Below are positions 28,034 to 42,647 of a stretch of 64,000 nucleotides of DNA, in pieces (position 1 is the stretch's first letter; each line of letters starts with the position of its first letter). The notes below the pieces were generated by a model. It saw only the letters and a list, made by a program, of their open reading frames with translations, was not told where the DNA came from and did not search any database. The DNA is taken from the NCBI RefSeq assembly GCF_009914755.1, contig NC_060927.1. One strand, given 5' to 3'. This stretch comes from the human T2T-CHM13v2.0 reference genome, Homo sapiens. The position numbers and the translations under genes are program-made.

Positions 28034-30712
28034 CCCTGCAACTTCATTCCTGGGTCTGCATCTCAAAGAAATTACTACAAAGGTCCATATAGGGGTAAGT
28101 ATGAGAGTGTTTGTTGAAACAGTAGTTGGGGTGTCCTGGAGGTGTAAAACACTGGGTGAATGGATGAGTTAAGTTAGCAAAGTGGCAGCAAAATTACTCC
28201 AGCAGCAGCCCACAAACTGCATATGACAGGGACAGTGATATCACTGAACAGTCATTGCGACTCATGTAATACGGGGAAGGGGCTCGTTGCAGGTGTTGAT
28301 GAAAGTTGAACCTCTAGAAGTACTGGTGGAGATGGAGAGAGGAAGTCATTACGGGCCATGAATGGCACATTGACAAGGCTGGGAGGAGCCCTGTGGTTGG
28401 AGTGGGGTAATGCTTTTTTGTGGGCTCTGAATATCACATCGTTCTCAGTCTTGCATTGGCAATTGTGGATCTATAAAAGTACAAAGAAGGGAAAGTGAGA
28501 AAGAAAATCTGGTTTTATCACTACATGAATTAAGGCAATAGGTTTAATGTAAACTATTGGAAAGGCTCTTAAATATGAAGCAATGTTGAAATTCAAAGGG
28601 ATCCAGGGTGAATCATTAGCTCTGGTTGAAAATCCTCCATCACTTTTTGTACATTTTCAAACTATGTTACATATATTAAAATAAGAATTGCAAAATCTTG
28701 CAAATTGTAGAATCAATCATTTTTTAAATTCATGTAAAGGCTTAGCTATCATAGACCCATAGGATGGTAGTTAAGTGCTTAGCTCTAGGACAGACTATGT
28801 ATGTTTAAAGCCCAGCTTTATCATGCATAAGTTTAATGAAATAATATATGCAAAATATCTGTACACAGTAACTGTTAAATGTTTTCCTTATTCTACTTAA
28901 TTAATCTGGTTGAAGAAGTAAATCTTCATTAATGTGATTTATAAATCACATTTATGGACTGGATACGAATTGGGCAAAGCTGAAGTGTTGAATTCATCTG
29001 ATCCTCATTGCTCAGCTGGGCTCAATTTAAGACCCAGATGCATTAGCCTCTTGAGGAGAGTTAGGTTGGCTAAACAGAATTTTGGATTCTGTGTTTAATC
29101 AATTTACATAGAACAGAGTTGATCTAGTATTCCATAGCGGGCTCTGAGGTTCTTGATTAATAAAAAGTGATGCAAGTTACAAAGTTATTTTTGATGTGAC
29201 ATAAATTTGCACCATTATTCTTATGTATTAACTTATAATGTTGTAGTATATAATTATAAAAATGATTATTGTCATTTGTATCATTAAATATGTATTTTTA
29301 GGCAAAATAAAATGCTTGTTTTACTGTATAATTTTTAATCATTTCAAGTTTCATGCTTAACTATATGCTTTTTGACATTTGGACTCTGAATATCATAGTT
29401 TATGATATATGTAGTGAGGTTTATTAGATATTTACTTTTTTCTCTAGCTTGTGAGAATATAATTAATATAGGCAATTTAGCATGTTAAACAGCTTACAGA
29501 TTTAGAATGAAGAAAATGCTAGAAATAACAAATATATTTGTCAAAACATACGTAAACATGAATTAAGAAAATTTATAATGATTTAGGTACTCATGCTCAT
29601 TTTTAGATAACTTCAATAGTAAATGAGAGACCAAACTGCTTTAAGAATGGATGTGTCTTATATACAAACATATAGAGGGTAGGGAGTCTACTTACTTCTT
29701 TTTTCACTTACATTTTTTTTTCTGTGTGTGAAAGATAAATTTAGGAAGAGAAAGACAAAGAAGACTTGAGTTACTTTTGATTTAGTTGAACACTTATCAA
29801 TTATTTAAATATTTAAAAAAATGTAAATATGACTCATTTCTCAAAGATAGGAAAGAAGACTAGGAACACCAACCAGAGCTTCAGCTCTGTCATAATTATG
29901 AGATTAAATTAAAATTCAATTTCCTCTGGGAAGTTTTCCCTGATCCTCAGCTGGAAGTAATTTCTTCCTCTTCTGACTTTCCAGAACCTCTCCTAAAGCA
30001 CTTAAGGCCTTGTATTGTAGTGATTTACGAATGCTCTCCAGGGTCTTATGATATTGCAAAATTATAAAGTAATTGAGTAGAGGATTTATATCTGATCCCG
30101 CTTCAGTCTGGAAGCAGTGGTTTAAAATAGAAGAGTATGGAGTTTAGAATCAGTGAGAACCCGGTTTCAAGCCAAGCTCTGCCACTTCCTAACCATTTGA
30201 ACTGCAGCAAGTCATTAATTTTCTTTGCGCTTTGACTTCCTTATATATAAAAGAATGATAATCATACTTAGTTCATAGCATCTGGGAAAGATTTTATGAA
30301 ATAATTCATTAACTGCTCCCATCCCCTCACATATATTCATTAAACCTCAGCTCTTTTCTTTCATATTGCTGATAAACATTCCTTTCCACCATGTAAAAGG
30401 TGTTCCTATGAACACACAATGAGTCACTCATTTTGCAACTGCAACTATCACTTTTGAAAAGGCAGTATCACTATGATGTTTGGTATGGCTTGTGGGCTGC
30501 ACTTTATTCCCATCCCCCACTGCTGTTTTTTTAATTTATTCGATGGGACCAGTATTTCCCTTTCTCCTAGATGAAATTTAAGGAAAACATGTTTCTTGTC
30601 ATTTTAACACAATGGTTTAACACAACCTTGCTCAGCAGTTCATAGGTCTCATTTCATGTAAGAATTAAAAGTTCGAAGATTATTTAAGTTGCAGCTACTT
30701 CCCTTTTCTCAG

Positions 30713-30825
30713 CTCAGTATTGTTGCAGTTTTGTCATTGCCTAATGGGTTGATGGAGAAGCAGATTGGCCTCTTCTGTCTTCCACTGACTTATGCTTCTA
30801 ACCCTAGAGACAGAAAAATGAACAG
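30713..30825 (+). pseudogene. Pseudo-exon (LSIVAVLSLPNGLMEKQIGLFCLPLTYASNPRDRKMN)
   Basis: cccttttctcAG / CAG|GTGACT; open, phase 0 to 2. Confidence 0.65.
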
Positions 30826-30913
30826 GTGACTAATACTATCATGAATTGGTGCCTGACTCACAGACTATTGTTGTTTTGCTTTACTTATTTTAAGATGCAA
30901 TTTTATCTCTTAG

Positions 30914-31025
30914 AATAGTTTTAATTGATTCTTCAGGAACCATTCCCACCCAGGCCCATTGTTGGGAATTTTATATCTGCAGTCTCTTTGATGTGAATGA
31001 AGTACTTTCTCTGGCTGAATATGAG
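30914..31025 (+). pseudogene. Pseudo-exon (RIVLIDSSGTIPTQAHCWEFYICSLFDVNEVLSLAEYE)
   Basis: ttttatctcttAG acceptor after 88-nt intron; open in the matching phase; donor weak. Confidence 0.6.
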
Positions 31026-31344
31026 GTTCTCATTGGCTTCAAATTGTTGATGAATATTTCATTTATATTTTTAAATAATATTTATTGAGCACCCATTATG
31101 TGTCAGAAACTCTTCTAAGTGGATTAGCGAAAAAAGATTTCCAATTTGGAAATATATATTTTAAAGGAGGAGACAAAACAATAAATAATAGACATAATTA
31201 ATAAGTAGCTAACATGTTAGAAAGTGACATATACTCTGGGAATAAGAATTAATAAAGCAGATTAAAGAGGATTGGGAATGCTTTTGTGGGACTAAGTCAA
31301 AATTTTAAGTGGGGTGATCACTGTAGTTCTTATTGAGAAGGTAG

Positions 31345-32055
<711 letters not shown>

Positions 32056-33017
32056 ACTGACATTTTTTAAAGGCTTGGAGGAAGTCACAGTGTGTGCCCT
32101 GTGGATGGCTGAAATAGTAAATATCCTGTGAAAATCCCCTAAAGCACAAGGGAGACTATAGGGTTGAGGAAGGGAGAGGGGTAGGATGACAAGGAGAAAA
32201 GGGAGGGATGTGGAAGGGAAAACCCAGATTATGTATACTATTGTAAATACTTTGGCTTTTACTTTGGGTGAAATGGGAATTTCACCCTTGAATTCCAGTT
32301 ACTTCTCCAGGCAGACCCACGTAAATTTCCTTCTCTGGTGTGGCTCATTCTTTGCCTGGATAAACCCTGAAAGCGCAGACTAATTTCAGTTGCAGCAGCT
32401 AGCTCTTCTTTGCTCCTTACTCAGCTAGTTAGCTAGCCAAGTGCATCTCACTCCTCAGATCTGGAAAGTATGAGCTCGTCACTGGTCTTCAATGTCTTCC
32501 AAAGTGCAGGCAGAGTATAATAAGCTTGACTGTCCATACCCCTGAAAGCTCTCTCTAGAATTTAGGTAAAGGGATGAAATGCACTCTATCATCTTTACCC
32601 TTAGAAGAGAATGAGATTCATAATACCCCAACAACTCTTTTGAAAAGTTCTCCTGAAATTTCTAGTTAGTTTCCTTTTCTCTCCAATCTCCATTTAGGCT
32701 AAGGCAATGGTCATCTAAGATCACAAAACTGTTTCCACAATTTGCTTTTGTAAGTTCTAAATGTTTGTATTGCACCTTAGTTTATTGTGGGACATCTGTT
32801 ATTTTATCAGTTGTCTTATCAGTTGCACCTGCAATTACAGCTAACTTATGTGCCTTTCAACATACTGCTAGAACAGCGGTCTGAGATAGAGGTAGAATTT
32901 TCCATGACTAAAGTAGAAGAGGGCCTATTTTTAAAACTCTGTCTTCAAAATTATTTAATTAACATACTAATTCTTACAATTTGGCTCTGTTTTTCTTACA
33001 GAATACATTATAATCAT

Positions 33018-34210
33018 TCTTTTTTATTGATACATCGTATTTTATACATTGATAGGGTACATGTGAGTGTTACATGCAGAATGTGTAATGATTAAGTCAG
33101 GGCATTTAGTATATCCATCACCTCCAGCATTTATCATTTTTATGTGTTGAGAACATTTTTGAGTCCTCTTTTCTAGCTACTTTGTAATATACAACACATT
33201 GCTCCTAACTATACTCACTGTACTCTGCTATTGTACATTAGAATTTATAGCCTATCAAACTGTATGTTTGTACCCATTAACCAACTTCATTTCATTCATT
33301 ACTACCACCCACACACACTTCTAGGCCTCTGTATCCATCATTCCACTCTTTACCTCCATAAGATCAAATTTTTAAGCTTCTATATATAGATGAGAACATA
33401 CAATATTTATCTTTTTATTCTTGGTTTATTTCATTTAACATAATGACCTCCAGTTCCATCTATGCTGCTGCAAATGACAAGGTTTCATTCTTTTCTTTGG
33501 CTGAATAGTATTACATTGTGTATATATACCATATTTTTAAAAAAGTACATTCATCCTTTTGTGGACACTTAGATTGATTTTACATCTTTGTCATTGTGAA
33601 CAGTGCTGCAATAAATATGCAAGTGCAAGTGTTCCTCTGATACACAGACTTCTTTTCCTTTGGATAAATAGTAGTGAAATTGATGGATTATGTGACAGTT
33701 ATATTTTTAGTTTTTTGAGAAATCTTCATAATGTTTTTTATAGTAGCTGTACCAGTTTACATTCCCAATAGCGTTTGAATTCCCTTTTCTTTCATCCTCA
33801 CCGACATCTGTTATATTTTGTATTTTTAATAATAACTATTTTAATTGGGGTAAAATAATATCTCATCATGGTTTTGATTTGCATTTCCCTGATGATTAGT
33901 AATGTTGAGCATCTATATATTTTTTGGCCATTCGTATGTCTTCTTTTGAGAAATGTCTATTCATGTCTTTTGACCCTTTTTAATTGGATTATGTGTTTCT
34001 TTCTTTGGTTTTTTTTAACTGTTGAGTTGTTTAAGTTCCTTGCATATTCTTGATATTAGTCGCTTGTCAGATTAATCATTTGTGAATATTTTCTCCCATT
34101 TAAGAGGTTGTATCTTCACTCATTTGTTTCCTTTGCTGTGTAGAAGCATTTTAGTTTAACATAGTCTCATTGGTCTATTTTTGGTTTTGCTGTCTATGCT
34201 TTTGAGGTTA
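33018..34210 (-). mobile_element. L1MA 3' fragment
   Basis: Typical L1MA 3'UTR and ORF2 end, antisense. Confidence 0.85.
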
Positions 34211-35479
34211 ATTCTTATGTATTGAATAGTTAGTGGTAATTTCACTTAGCCATTCATTTATTAAATTTTTACTAAATTCTTACCATGTACCAAACCTGAA
34301 TTAAGTACTGGGGATACAGAAAGAACAAAAACATAATTCCTAATCTCAAGGAGCTCATGGTTGATTGCTCAACAATTTAAAAAGTAATTTTAAAGAGGTA
34401 TGCAAAAAATGGTTGGTAAATGTACTCCTTCAAGTGCTTTCAGATGGAAATAAAAGAAAAACACATTTCAAACTGGAGTAAGCAATAAAAAATATATATT
34501 GCCATTTATAGTAGGAGGTTCAGAAATTGAGCAGCTTCAGGGTTGACTTAATCAATGGCCTTAGCTCTATTTCTACAGTCTCTTTTCTCCTCTGTGATTT
34601 AGCTCTATCTTTAAATTGGTAACGAAATGGTTACATTAGCTCTAGAATTTACTTTTATGCCTAACAATGTCCAGAGGAAGAAAAGATATGTTGGTTCCAG
34701 AAGCACTCATAGGAGAAACCCCAAAAAATTTATTCTAACATCTGGTTGGCTTTGAGTCACAAGACTTTACAGAACTGCGATTGACTCTAGAAAAATCAAG
34801 TACATCTCTTGAGCTGGAGGTGGGTTAGTTTTCCCTGTGTATCTAGATTTTTGGACAGAGTTGGTTACTTTAATAATTTCCAGATTCTATTAGAAAGAAT
34901 TAATGTTTGGCTGGTAAGAATGCCTGCTGCTGTAGGTCCAAACAGAGTCACAGGAGAGAAGAATTATACTGAACCTAAGTCTTGTGAAAGGGATCAGGAA
35001 ATGAATTTATATGGAAGTAATACTTTAGATGTAGCTTGGAATTCTGAGTACGAGTTAGCTAAGAAGGCTTAGTAGGAAAGGGTGATGAACCTTATAAGGG
35101 AAGAGGACAGCTTGGACAAAGAACAGTAGTCTGTGGATCTTGGGGCTTTGTGGGAAATGCAAGTAAGTAAGATTGTCTGGAGCAGAACTGTGCCCAGATA
35201 TTTACAACATGACATGAAGGAGTTTATTGGCTGGGTCACTCATGTAAAGAGGTTGAGAAATACCCAGAAACAGGAATACTGAATTTCAGCTACTATAGCA
35301 TCTTCTATGAGATCTCCTGAGGAAATAAACACCCAGGAAAGATCCAGGAAGAGGCAGTTATGTTTATTAGTTTATTAATGATAGCTGATATTGTATTGCC
35401 ATGCAGAATTTGAAGAATTTCCTCTGAACTATTTCTTTAATACAAAATAAAATTCAGAAGAACTTAAGAATTCTGAAGC

Positions 35480-35720
35480 CAGAGAAAAAGAACTGGAATC
35501 CCAATCCTGACACTTGTTAGTTGCTTGACTTTGATCAGCACATGTAACCTCTGTGCTCCTCAGTTTCTTTTTCTGTGAAATGGGCATAATAGAGCATCCA
35601 CCTCAAAGATTTTAGCAGACTAAGTGAGTTACCACATATTAAAACACTCAGAAGAGTACCTGGTAAAGTTTGCAAGCATCATATGAGCATTATGTAAATA
35701 TTGGCAAGTGGTGTTATTGC
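35480..35720 (+). mobile_element. MIR
   Basis: ctcagtttctttttctgtgaaatgggcataata core. Confidence 0.7.
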
Positions 35721-36484
35721 TTCTTCAGCTTTTGGTGGAGCCAAACCTTAGGACACTAGAGGTAGGCAAAGCAGCTTTCCAGTGTCTTTTTCTTTTGATC
35801 TACAATTTTGAATGCAAGAAAAAACAGAATGAAAAAAGAAAATAATAATTTTTTATAAGACTTAGAGCAGACTGCCAGATACTCTTTTATTTCAAACTGG
35901 CAGTAGTTTAATTTTGTAAGGTACAGATTTGTGGGTAGGCATAGATGTGGGTCTGGTTGGGTAGAAGTGAGTAGCAAGTTGCCTCCTCTGACAGAAGGAA
36001 AGACTAGGGGCTTTCTCACTGCACCAGCTGTGAATGTGGGTAGGATTCTATAAAAGAACACATTGAAGAGTGACAAAGGGAGAATAGGCTTCCAAAGACA
36101 GGAAGACAATTTAATGTTATATCCTCTTTGATGATGTTACTAAGAAAGATGGAGGTGAAGAGAAGCTTCCAGTCTCCTTCCTATTCCCCACTGCCATACC
36201 CCGCATTTATTTCCATAGTCTAAGTATACTATTTCAGACCTGCTAGGACCTTGCTGCTTGACCTGCATGTACATACTTCTATTCACCTTTATTATAGGTA
36301 GGATGCAAGGATTCATGGGATTGTATGTCTGTTCTTGTTTTGTTTAACCATATGGAAAGATTTTCTTCCTTGTAACCCTATTATTATTATTTTTTAAGTT
36401 GAATAGGTAACTATTGTTCTGACAGCTAATTTCCCATCTGTTTCTGCCTCCTAGATTCAGAGAATGAGATGTGCACTTAATTTA

Positions 36485-36943
36485 CTATAATGGGTTGAGT
36501 TGCGTCCCCTAAAAAGATACATTCAAGTCATAACTCCTGGTATTTGCGGATGTGCGTTTATTTGGAAATGGGTTATTTACAGATGTAATCAAATTAAAAT
36601 GAGGTTATAATGGATTAGGGTGGGCTCTAAATCCAATGATTAGTGTCCTTCTAAGGATAGGGAGACTTGGAAATACACAGAGGTAGAAATGCCATGCCAG
36701 GTTGGAGGCAGAGCCTGGGGTGATGTAACAGTAAGCCAAGGGATGCTGAAGATTACTGGCAGCTACCAGGTGCTGGGGAAAGGCATTGGAGGGGTCTATC
36801 CTAAAGACTCCAGAGGAAGTAAGGCCTTACTGACATCTTGATTTCAGACATCTAGCCCCAGAATTGTGACAGAATACATTTCTGTTGTTTTAAGCCACCC
36901 ATTTTGTGACTGTTGGCTATGGCAGCTCTAGAAAATTAATACA
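36485..36943 (+). mobile_element. MLT1C-like MaLR LTR
   Basis: gggttgagttgcgtcccctaaaa...gaaaattaataca. Confidence 0.8.
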
Positions 36944-37273
36944 TCTACATTGAAACATGAAGAATCTAGAATGTAGGCTAAAGCACATATTGAAACCTTT
37001 GAGTATAAAAGCCAGATTTTTATATCATTCTTCTATGGCTGTTATAAAAGCTGATATCAATATTCTCATCAGGAATAAAAAAATAGATCCAAGCAAGAAA
37101 TTCAGAATTTCAAATAAAGAAATGAAGCATTTTGGTGATGGAGAACAGTTTTCCTGTTAGATCTTACAGCTAAAATATATCTTGCCTTCTGCCAATATAG
37201 ATATTATCATCTCATCATTTTAAATTTCTTAAATTTAAAAACACTTCTATTAATGCTCCTTTTACTATGTCAG

Positions 37274-37466
37274 ATTTGTTTTGTTGGATGAAAATCATAA
37301 TGATAGCCAGATCTTCTTAGGATGCCTTTATCAACTTTGGTTTTGTTTTGTTTTGAGCAGACTTAATGAGGCAAATAAACATTTATCAGTTCCCCAGACA
37401 CCTTTTTACTCTTTAGCACGGAATTGGAGTGTAACGGTTGCTGATGAAGAATGACAGAGCATTTTG
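37274..37466 (+). pseudogene. Pseudo-exon (FVLLDENHNDSQIFLGCLYQLWFCFVLSRLNEANKHLSVPQTPFYSLARNWSVTVADEE*QSIL)
   Basis: ttttactatgtcAG / TTG|GTTAGT; ~59 open codons; alternative acceptor at 37417. Confidence 0.5.
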
Positions 37467-37568
37467 GTTAGTGCACATAAAACTGTTGTTTGTACAGATT
37501 ATAACAAATATATTTTAAACTTAATTTCAAGTTTCCTTTTTCCGCTCCCTATGAACCTTTTATTTCAG

Positions 37569-37816
37569 AATGCTTCTCACAGCCAAAATGCTTTACCAAA
37601 TGGAATGGACACACCATTGCTTCTGAGACGAAATTAGCCTCCAAGATGGGCTGCCTGGTGCTCACACTGTCAGCACCACCATGGTCTGCAGGCCAGTTGC
37701 CAGTTTTTAACAGTGTCCAGGGAGATATCAGCTTCCTAACTGATTTCCTCCCTCTTCCCAACCTAATTATTCGGAGACCTTCAAGCTTTCCAGAAATATC
37801 TGCAATTAGTCAGATG
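37569..37816 (+). pseudogene. Pseudo-exon (CFSQPKCFTKWNGHTIASETKLASKMGCLVLTLSAPPWSAGQLPVFNSVQGDISFLTDFLPLPNLIIRRPSSFPEISAISQM)
   Basis: ttttatttcAG / ATG|GTATCT; 82 codons without a stop; overlaps ORF 37646..37987. Confidence 0.65.
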
Positions 37817-38748
37817 GTATCTAGGGCTTTGTTTAAAATTACAATAGAAAATTTATCAAGACCATTTGGTTTAATCTCCCTCATCATCTTCCCAGTGGAT
37901 TTTTTTTCCCTTCTCTCTGGAGAGTTAGAAATGAGGCATCACAATTATTACATAATTACAGACAGTAATAGCAATAATAATGCTTGAAATTATTATTACA
38001 CTATTAAAAGGAATGATATGTGTAAAGATAATTTCTTGTCAGATTTATAAAACTTTTCTTCCAGAAGCTCAAACAATGAACAATTTGTTAGCTTTAAAAG
38101 CTCCCTTTGCTGATGGTGGTTAGAGCCCTGGTTTTGTAAACCAGGAGTCATGAACTCAGACTTCACTAGAATCTCAACCTACTTCTAGCGTTTAAACATA
38201 ATAGCTGGTATGAAATCATTGTTCTATATATATTGTTGCATGACATAATAGATAAATTGATAGGGAAAGTTTTTGAGGTAAATGGAGATTATATTTTCAT
38301 ATTATTAATCTTCTTTTCTAACTACTTTTACATAGCTTATATCTATATAGCAAACTCTTGGTTGGCCAAAGTTAAATAAAACACTTTAGAATATGAGTTT
38401 GATTTCTAGTTCTACTGTTTTGTAACTCCATGTATTTGAGCAAGTCACAAGTTCTGAGTCTCATATTCATCAATAAATTGGAGTATACAAGAACATACAT
38501 ATCATTAAACATTTTCTTTAGTGCAACATTAAATATAAACTTGAAAGCTTCTTAGTCTTCTAACCCCAATCTTATTTCCATTCTCACCTCTTCAGAATCA
38601 GCCATTTAATGAATTTAATATGAATTCTTGCAGTTATATCTATGAATGTACATGTCAACAAAATATTTTATGCACCTAAAATTTTTTAAAACTTACACAA
38701 GTTGTTACACAGATGTTATCAAAGTGCATATGTTATACTGAAACTTGC

Positions 38749-41007
38749 TGATATGATTTGGTTATGTCCCCACTCAAATCTCAACTTGAATTGCATCTCC
38801 CAGAATTCCCACATGTTGTGGGAAGGACCCAGTGAGAAGTAATTGAATTATGGGGGCTGGTCTTTCCTGTGCTTTTCTCATGATAGTGAATAAGTCTCAC
38901 GAGATCTGATGGGCTTATCTGGGGCTTCTGCTTTTGATTCTTCCTCATTTTTCTCTTGCTGCTGCCATGTAAAAAGTGCCTTTTGCCTCGGGCCATGATT
39001 CTGAAGCCTCCCCAGATGTGTGGAACTATAAGTCCAATTAAACCTCTTTTTCTTCCCAGTCTCGGATATGTCTTTATCAGCAGCATGAAAATGGACTACA
39101 GTAAATTGGTACCAGTAGAGTGGGGCACTGGTGAAAAGATACCAGAAAATGTGGAAGCGACTCAGAGGTTGGAACAGTTTGGAGGGCTCAGAATAAGACA
39201 GGAAAATGTGGGAAAGTTTGGAACTTCCCAGAAACTTGTTGAATGGCTTTGCCCAAAATGCTTATAGCGATATGGACAATAAAGACAAGGCTGAGGTGGT
39301 CTCAGATGGAGATGAGGAACTTGTTGGGAAGTGCAGCAAAAGTGACTCTTATTAGGTGTTAGCAAAGAGACTGGTGGCATTTTGCCTGCACGCTAGAGAT
39401 TTGTGGAACTTTGAACCTGAGAGAGATGATTTAGGGTATCTGGTGGAAGAAATTTCTAAGCAGCAAAGCATTCAAGAGGTAACTTGGGTACTGTTAAAGA
39501 CATTCAGTTTTATAAGGGAAGCAGAGAATAAAAGTTTGGAAAATTTGCAGCCTGACAATGTGATAGAAAAGAAAAACCCATTTTCTGAGGAGAAATTAAA
39601 GCTGGCTGCGGAAATTTGCATAAGTATCAAGGAGCCCAATGTTAACCGCCAAGACCACGGGGAAAATGTCTCCAGGTCATGTCAGAGATCTTCATGGCAG
39701 CCCCTCCCTCACAGGCCCAGAGTCCCAAGAGGGAAAAGTGATTTCGTGGGCTGGGCCCAGCATCCCTGTGCTGTGTGCAGCCTAGGGACTTAGTGCCCTG
39801 TGTCCCAGCCCCTCTAGCTGTGGCTGAAATGAGCCAATGTACAGCTCGGGCTGTGGCTTCAGAGGGTGGGAGCCCCAAGCCTTGGCAGCTTTCACGTGCT
39901 GTTGAGACTTCGGGTGCACAGAAGTCAAGAATTGAGGTTTGCGAACCTCCACCTAGATTTCAGAAGATGTACGGAAACACCTGGATGCCCAGGCAAAGGT
40001 TTGCTGGAAGGGCGGGGCCGTCATGGAAAACCTCTACTAGGGCAGTGCAGAAGTGAAATGTGGAGTCAGAGCTCTCACACAGAGTCCTCACTGGGACACT
40101 ACCTAGTGGAGCTGTGAAAAGAGGGCTATCATCCTCCAGATCCCAGAACGGTAGATCCACCTACAGTTTGTTCTATGCACTAGGAAAAGCCGCAGACACT
40201 CAACGCCAGCCTATGAAAGCAGCCAGGAGGGGGGCTATACCCTGTAAAGTCACAGGGGTGGAGCTGCCCGTGGGAACCCACCTCTTGTATCAGCATAACC
40301 TGGATGTGAGACCTGGAGTCAAAAGAGATCATTCTGGAGCTTTAAAATTTGACTGCCTTGCTGGGTTTTGGACTTACATGGACTCTGTAACCCCTTTGTT
40401 TTGGCCAATTTCTCCCATTTGGAATGGCTGTATTTACCCAATATCTATACGCTCATTGTAGCTAGGAAGTTACTAGCTTGCTTTTGATTTTACAGGTTTA
40501 TATGCAGAAGAGACTTGCCTTATCTCAGATGAGACTATGGACTGTAGACTTTGGGTTAATACTGAAATGAGTTAAGATTTGGGGAGACTGTTGGGAAGGC
40601 ATGATTGGTTTTGAAATGTGAAAACGAGATTTGGGAGGGACCAGGGACGGAATGATATGGTTTGGCTGTGTTCGCACCCAAATCTCAACTTGAATTGTAA
40701 CTCTCAGAATTCCCACATGTTGTGGGAGGGACCCAGTGGGAGGTAATTGAATTATGGGGGTCAGTCTTTCCCATCCTAGTCTCATGATAGTGAATAAGTC
40801 TCATGAGATCTGATGGGTTTATCAGGGGTTTCCACTTTTGCTTCTTCCTTATTTTTCTCTTGCTGCCACCATGTAAGAAGTGCCTTGTGCCTCCTGCCAT
40901 GATTCTGAGGCCTCCTCAGCCATGTGGTACTGTAAGTCCAATTAAACTTCTTTTCCTTCCCAGTCTTGGGTACATCTTTATCAGCAGCACGAAAATGGAC
41001 TAATACA
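38749..41007 (+). mobile_element. Full-length THE1A element (LTRs 38749-39100 and 40653-41007)
   Basis: Two ~355-bp THE1 LTRs, ~1.55-kb internal region, 5-bp TSD cttgc. Confidence 0.95.
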
Positions 41008-42341
41008 CTTGCCTTTTCTCTCTTCAGCGTTTTCAAGATCTATTGTTGATAATATATAATATCTTACAAGTTATTTAATTCTCTAATGTATGGGAAGCAG
41101 CGTAGCATCGTCCTTGCTGTTGCTATGGTATTTATTGCTGTTGAGCCTTCAGGAAACCTCTCTGCATCTCGGTTTCCTCATCTATAAAATGGAGATGATA
41201 ACTGTACTTACATCATGGAGCTGCTATGAGGATCAAAGAAGTTATCAACACTTCAGAATACGGCCAGCACATAGGAACAATATATCTATTTGCTAAATCG
41301 AAGGTAACAACTGTTGACTATTTTGTTTTTAATTTTTTACTATTACTAACAATTTTTTCAAAAATGTTTCATACACATAGCTTTGTTCCTTTGTGGGAGT
41401 GTTGCTCAATAGTATATTATACGTGGAAATGTTGGCTCATAGGGTTTATGCCTTTTCAATTTTAGATAATCATAAATTGTTCTCCATAATAAGTGTGTTA
41501 ATTTATGTTCCTACCAATGTTTAAGAATTTCTGTTTTCTCCACACCCTTGCCTTATTAAATATTTATCAATTTTTTGGCCAATCTGATTCATATAAAATG
41601 GATCTCATGTGTTATTTTGTTCCCTTGATTACAAGTGAGAAAAACATTTTTTTTCAAATATCCTTTGGACATTATGATTTCTTCTTTTGAAAATTGTAAG
41701 CACTGCTTTGCTTGACTGGGACTAAATTATAAAGGTCTGGAGGGGCATGGTCTAAGGAAAATAGTTGAACAAATGATAACTATGCTTATGTTTACTGTTA
41801 TTTCTTTCTCCTGACTCCACTATTGTCTTCATCTCTCCACTCGTCTTCATCCATCCTTTTCCTTCTCTGATAGTTACACATTTTTTCATTTGTGAAGAAT
41901 TACGTCAGAAATTGAAAGACAGAAGACAATTTAAAAGCATGTCCTTGTCTTAATTGCAAGATGTCACATATTAGTTAAATGGCATAAGGAAGTGAAAAAA
42001 AAAACTATCTTTTAATGACAAATATTGTAGATAACATGAATTGTCATGTTTTCTTTTTTGGTACTTATCTAACCCGACTGCTTATCTAGTTCAACAACTT
42101 TTCTGTACAAGGGTGCAGAGAACTTATGTAGAAGTGCTAGATATTAAACATTTACTTTGTTAATCCATGTAATTTTGTGCTACTATCACCTACTAAATTA
42201 GAAGACAGCTGAGGGTCCAGTTACTGGCTGAGACACTCTAGTAAAGTAATTAATTGTGCTTTGGAACTGGAGCCTCTGGGTAAAATTTCATCTTCACCAC
42301 CTTCTTATGTAACTCATAAGATTATTTTTAGGATTAAATGG

Positions 42342-42346
<5 letters not shown>

Positions 42347-42392
<46 letters not shown>
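42347..42392. repeat. (TA)n within a MIR
   Basis: Direct reading. Confidence 0.95.
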
Positions 42393-42395
<3 letters not shown>

Positions 42396-42647
42396 CTATT
42401 AATATTATACCTGGCACATAATAAATATTCATTAACTATTAGCTATTATTATTTCTTTCCTTTAATACTATTAGAGCTATAGGGTTATATAGTTCTATAT
42501 ATTTAGAGAGTTTAATTAAATTAGGCTTCATCGTATAATGATATAGGAAGAAGTTATTATCCTAACAGATAATATTTGGGAAGATATTTAATAAGCTTTC
42601 TCTGTGGTATAAATGAGTATTCTATTTTCTGGCCTTCTACATTTCAG

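Larger units (their letters stand above)
26430..28250 (+). mobile_element. Old HAL1/L1M ORF1-type relic interrupted by an Alu and a MIR
   Basis: A-rich ORF1-like remnants (DSAEERISLSED), L1-like 3' segment near 28030-28250. Confidence 0.55.

Noticed and set aside
28950-29100. Open stretch LWTGYELGKAEVLNSSDPHCSAG as an extra pseudo-exon
   Set aside because: No convincing acceptor or donor; flanking exons already join without it.
36957-37160. 67-aa ORF next to MLT1C as an extra pseudo-exon
   Set aside because: Splice boundaries not identifiable; left unresolved.
39356-40461. THE1 internal ORFs
   Set aside because: Fragmented MaLR internal frame common to THE1 copies.
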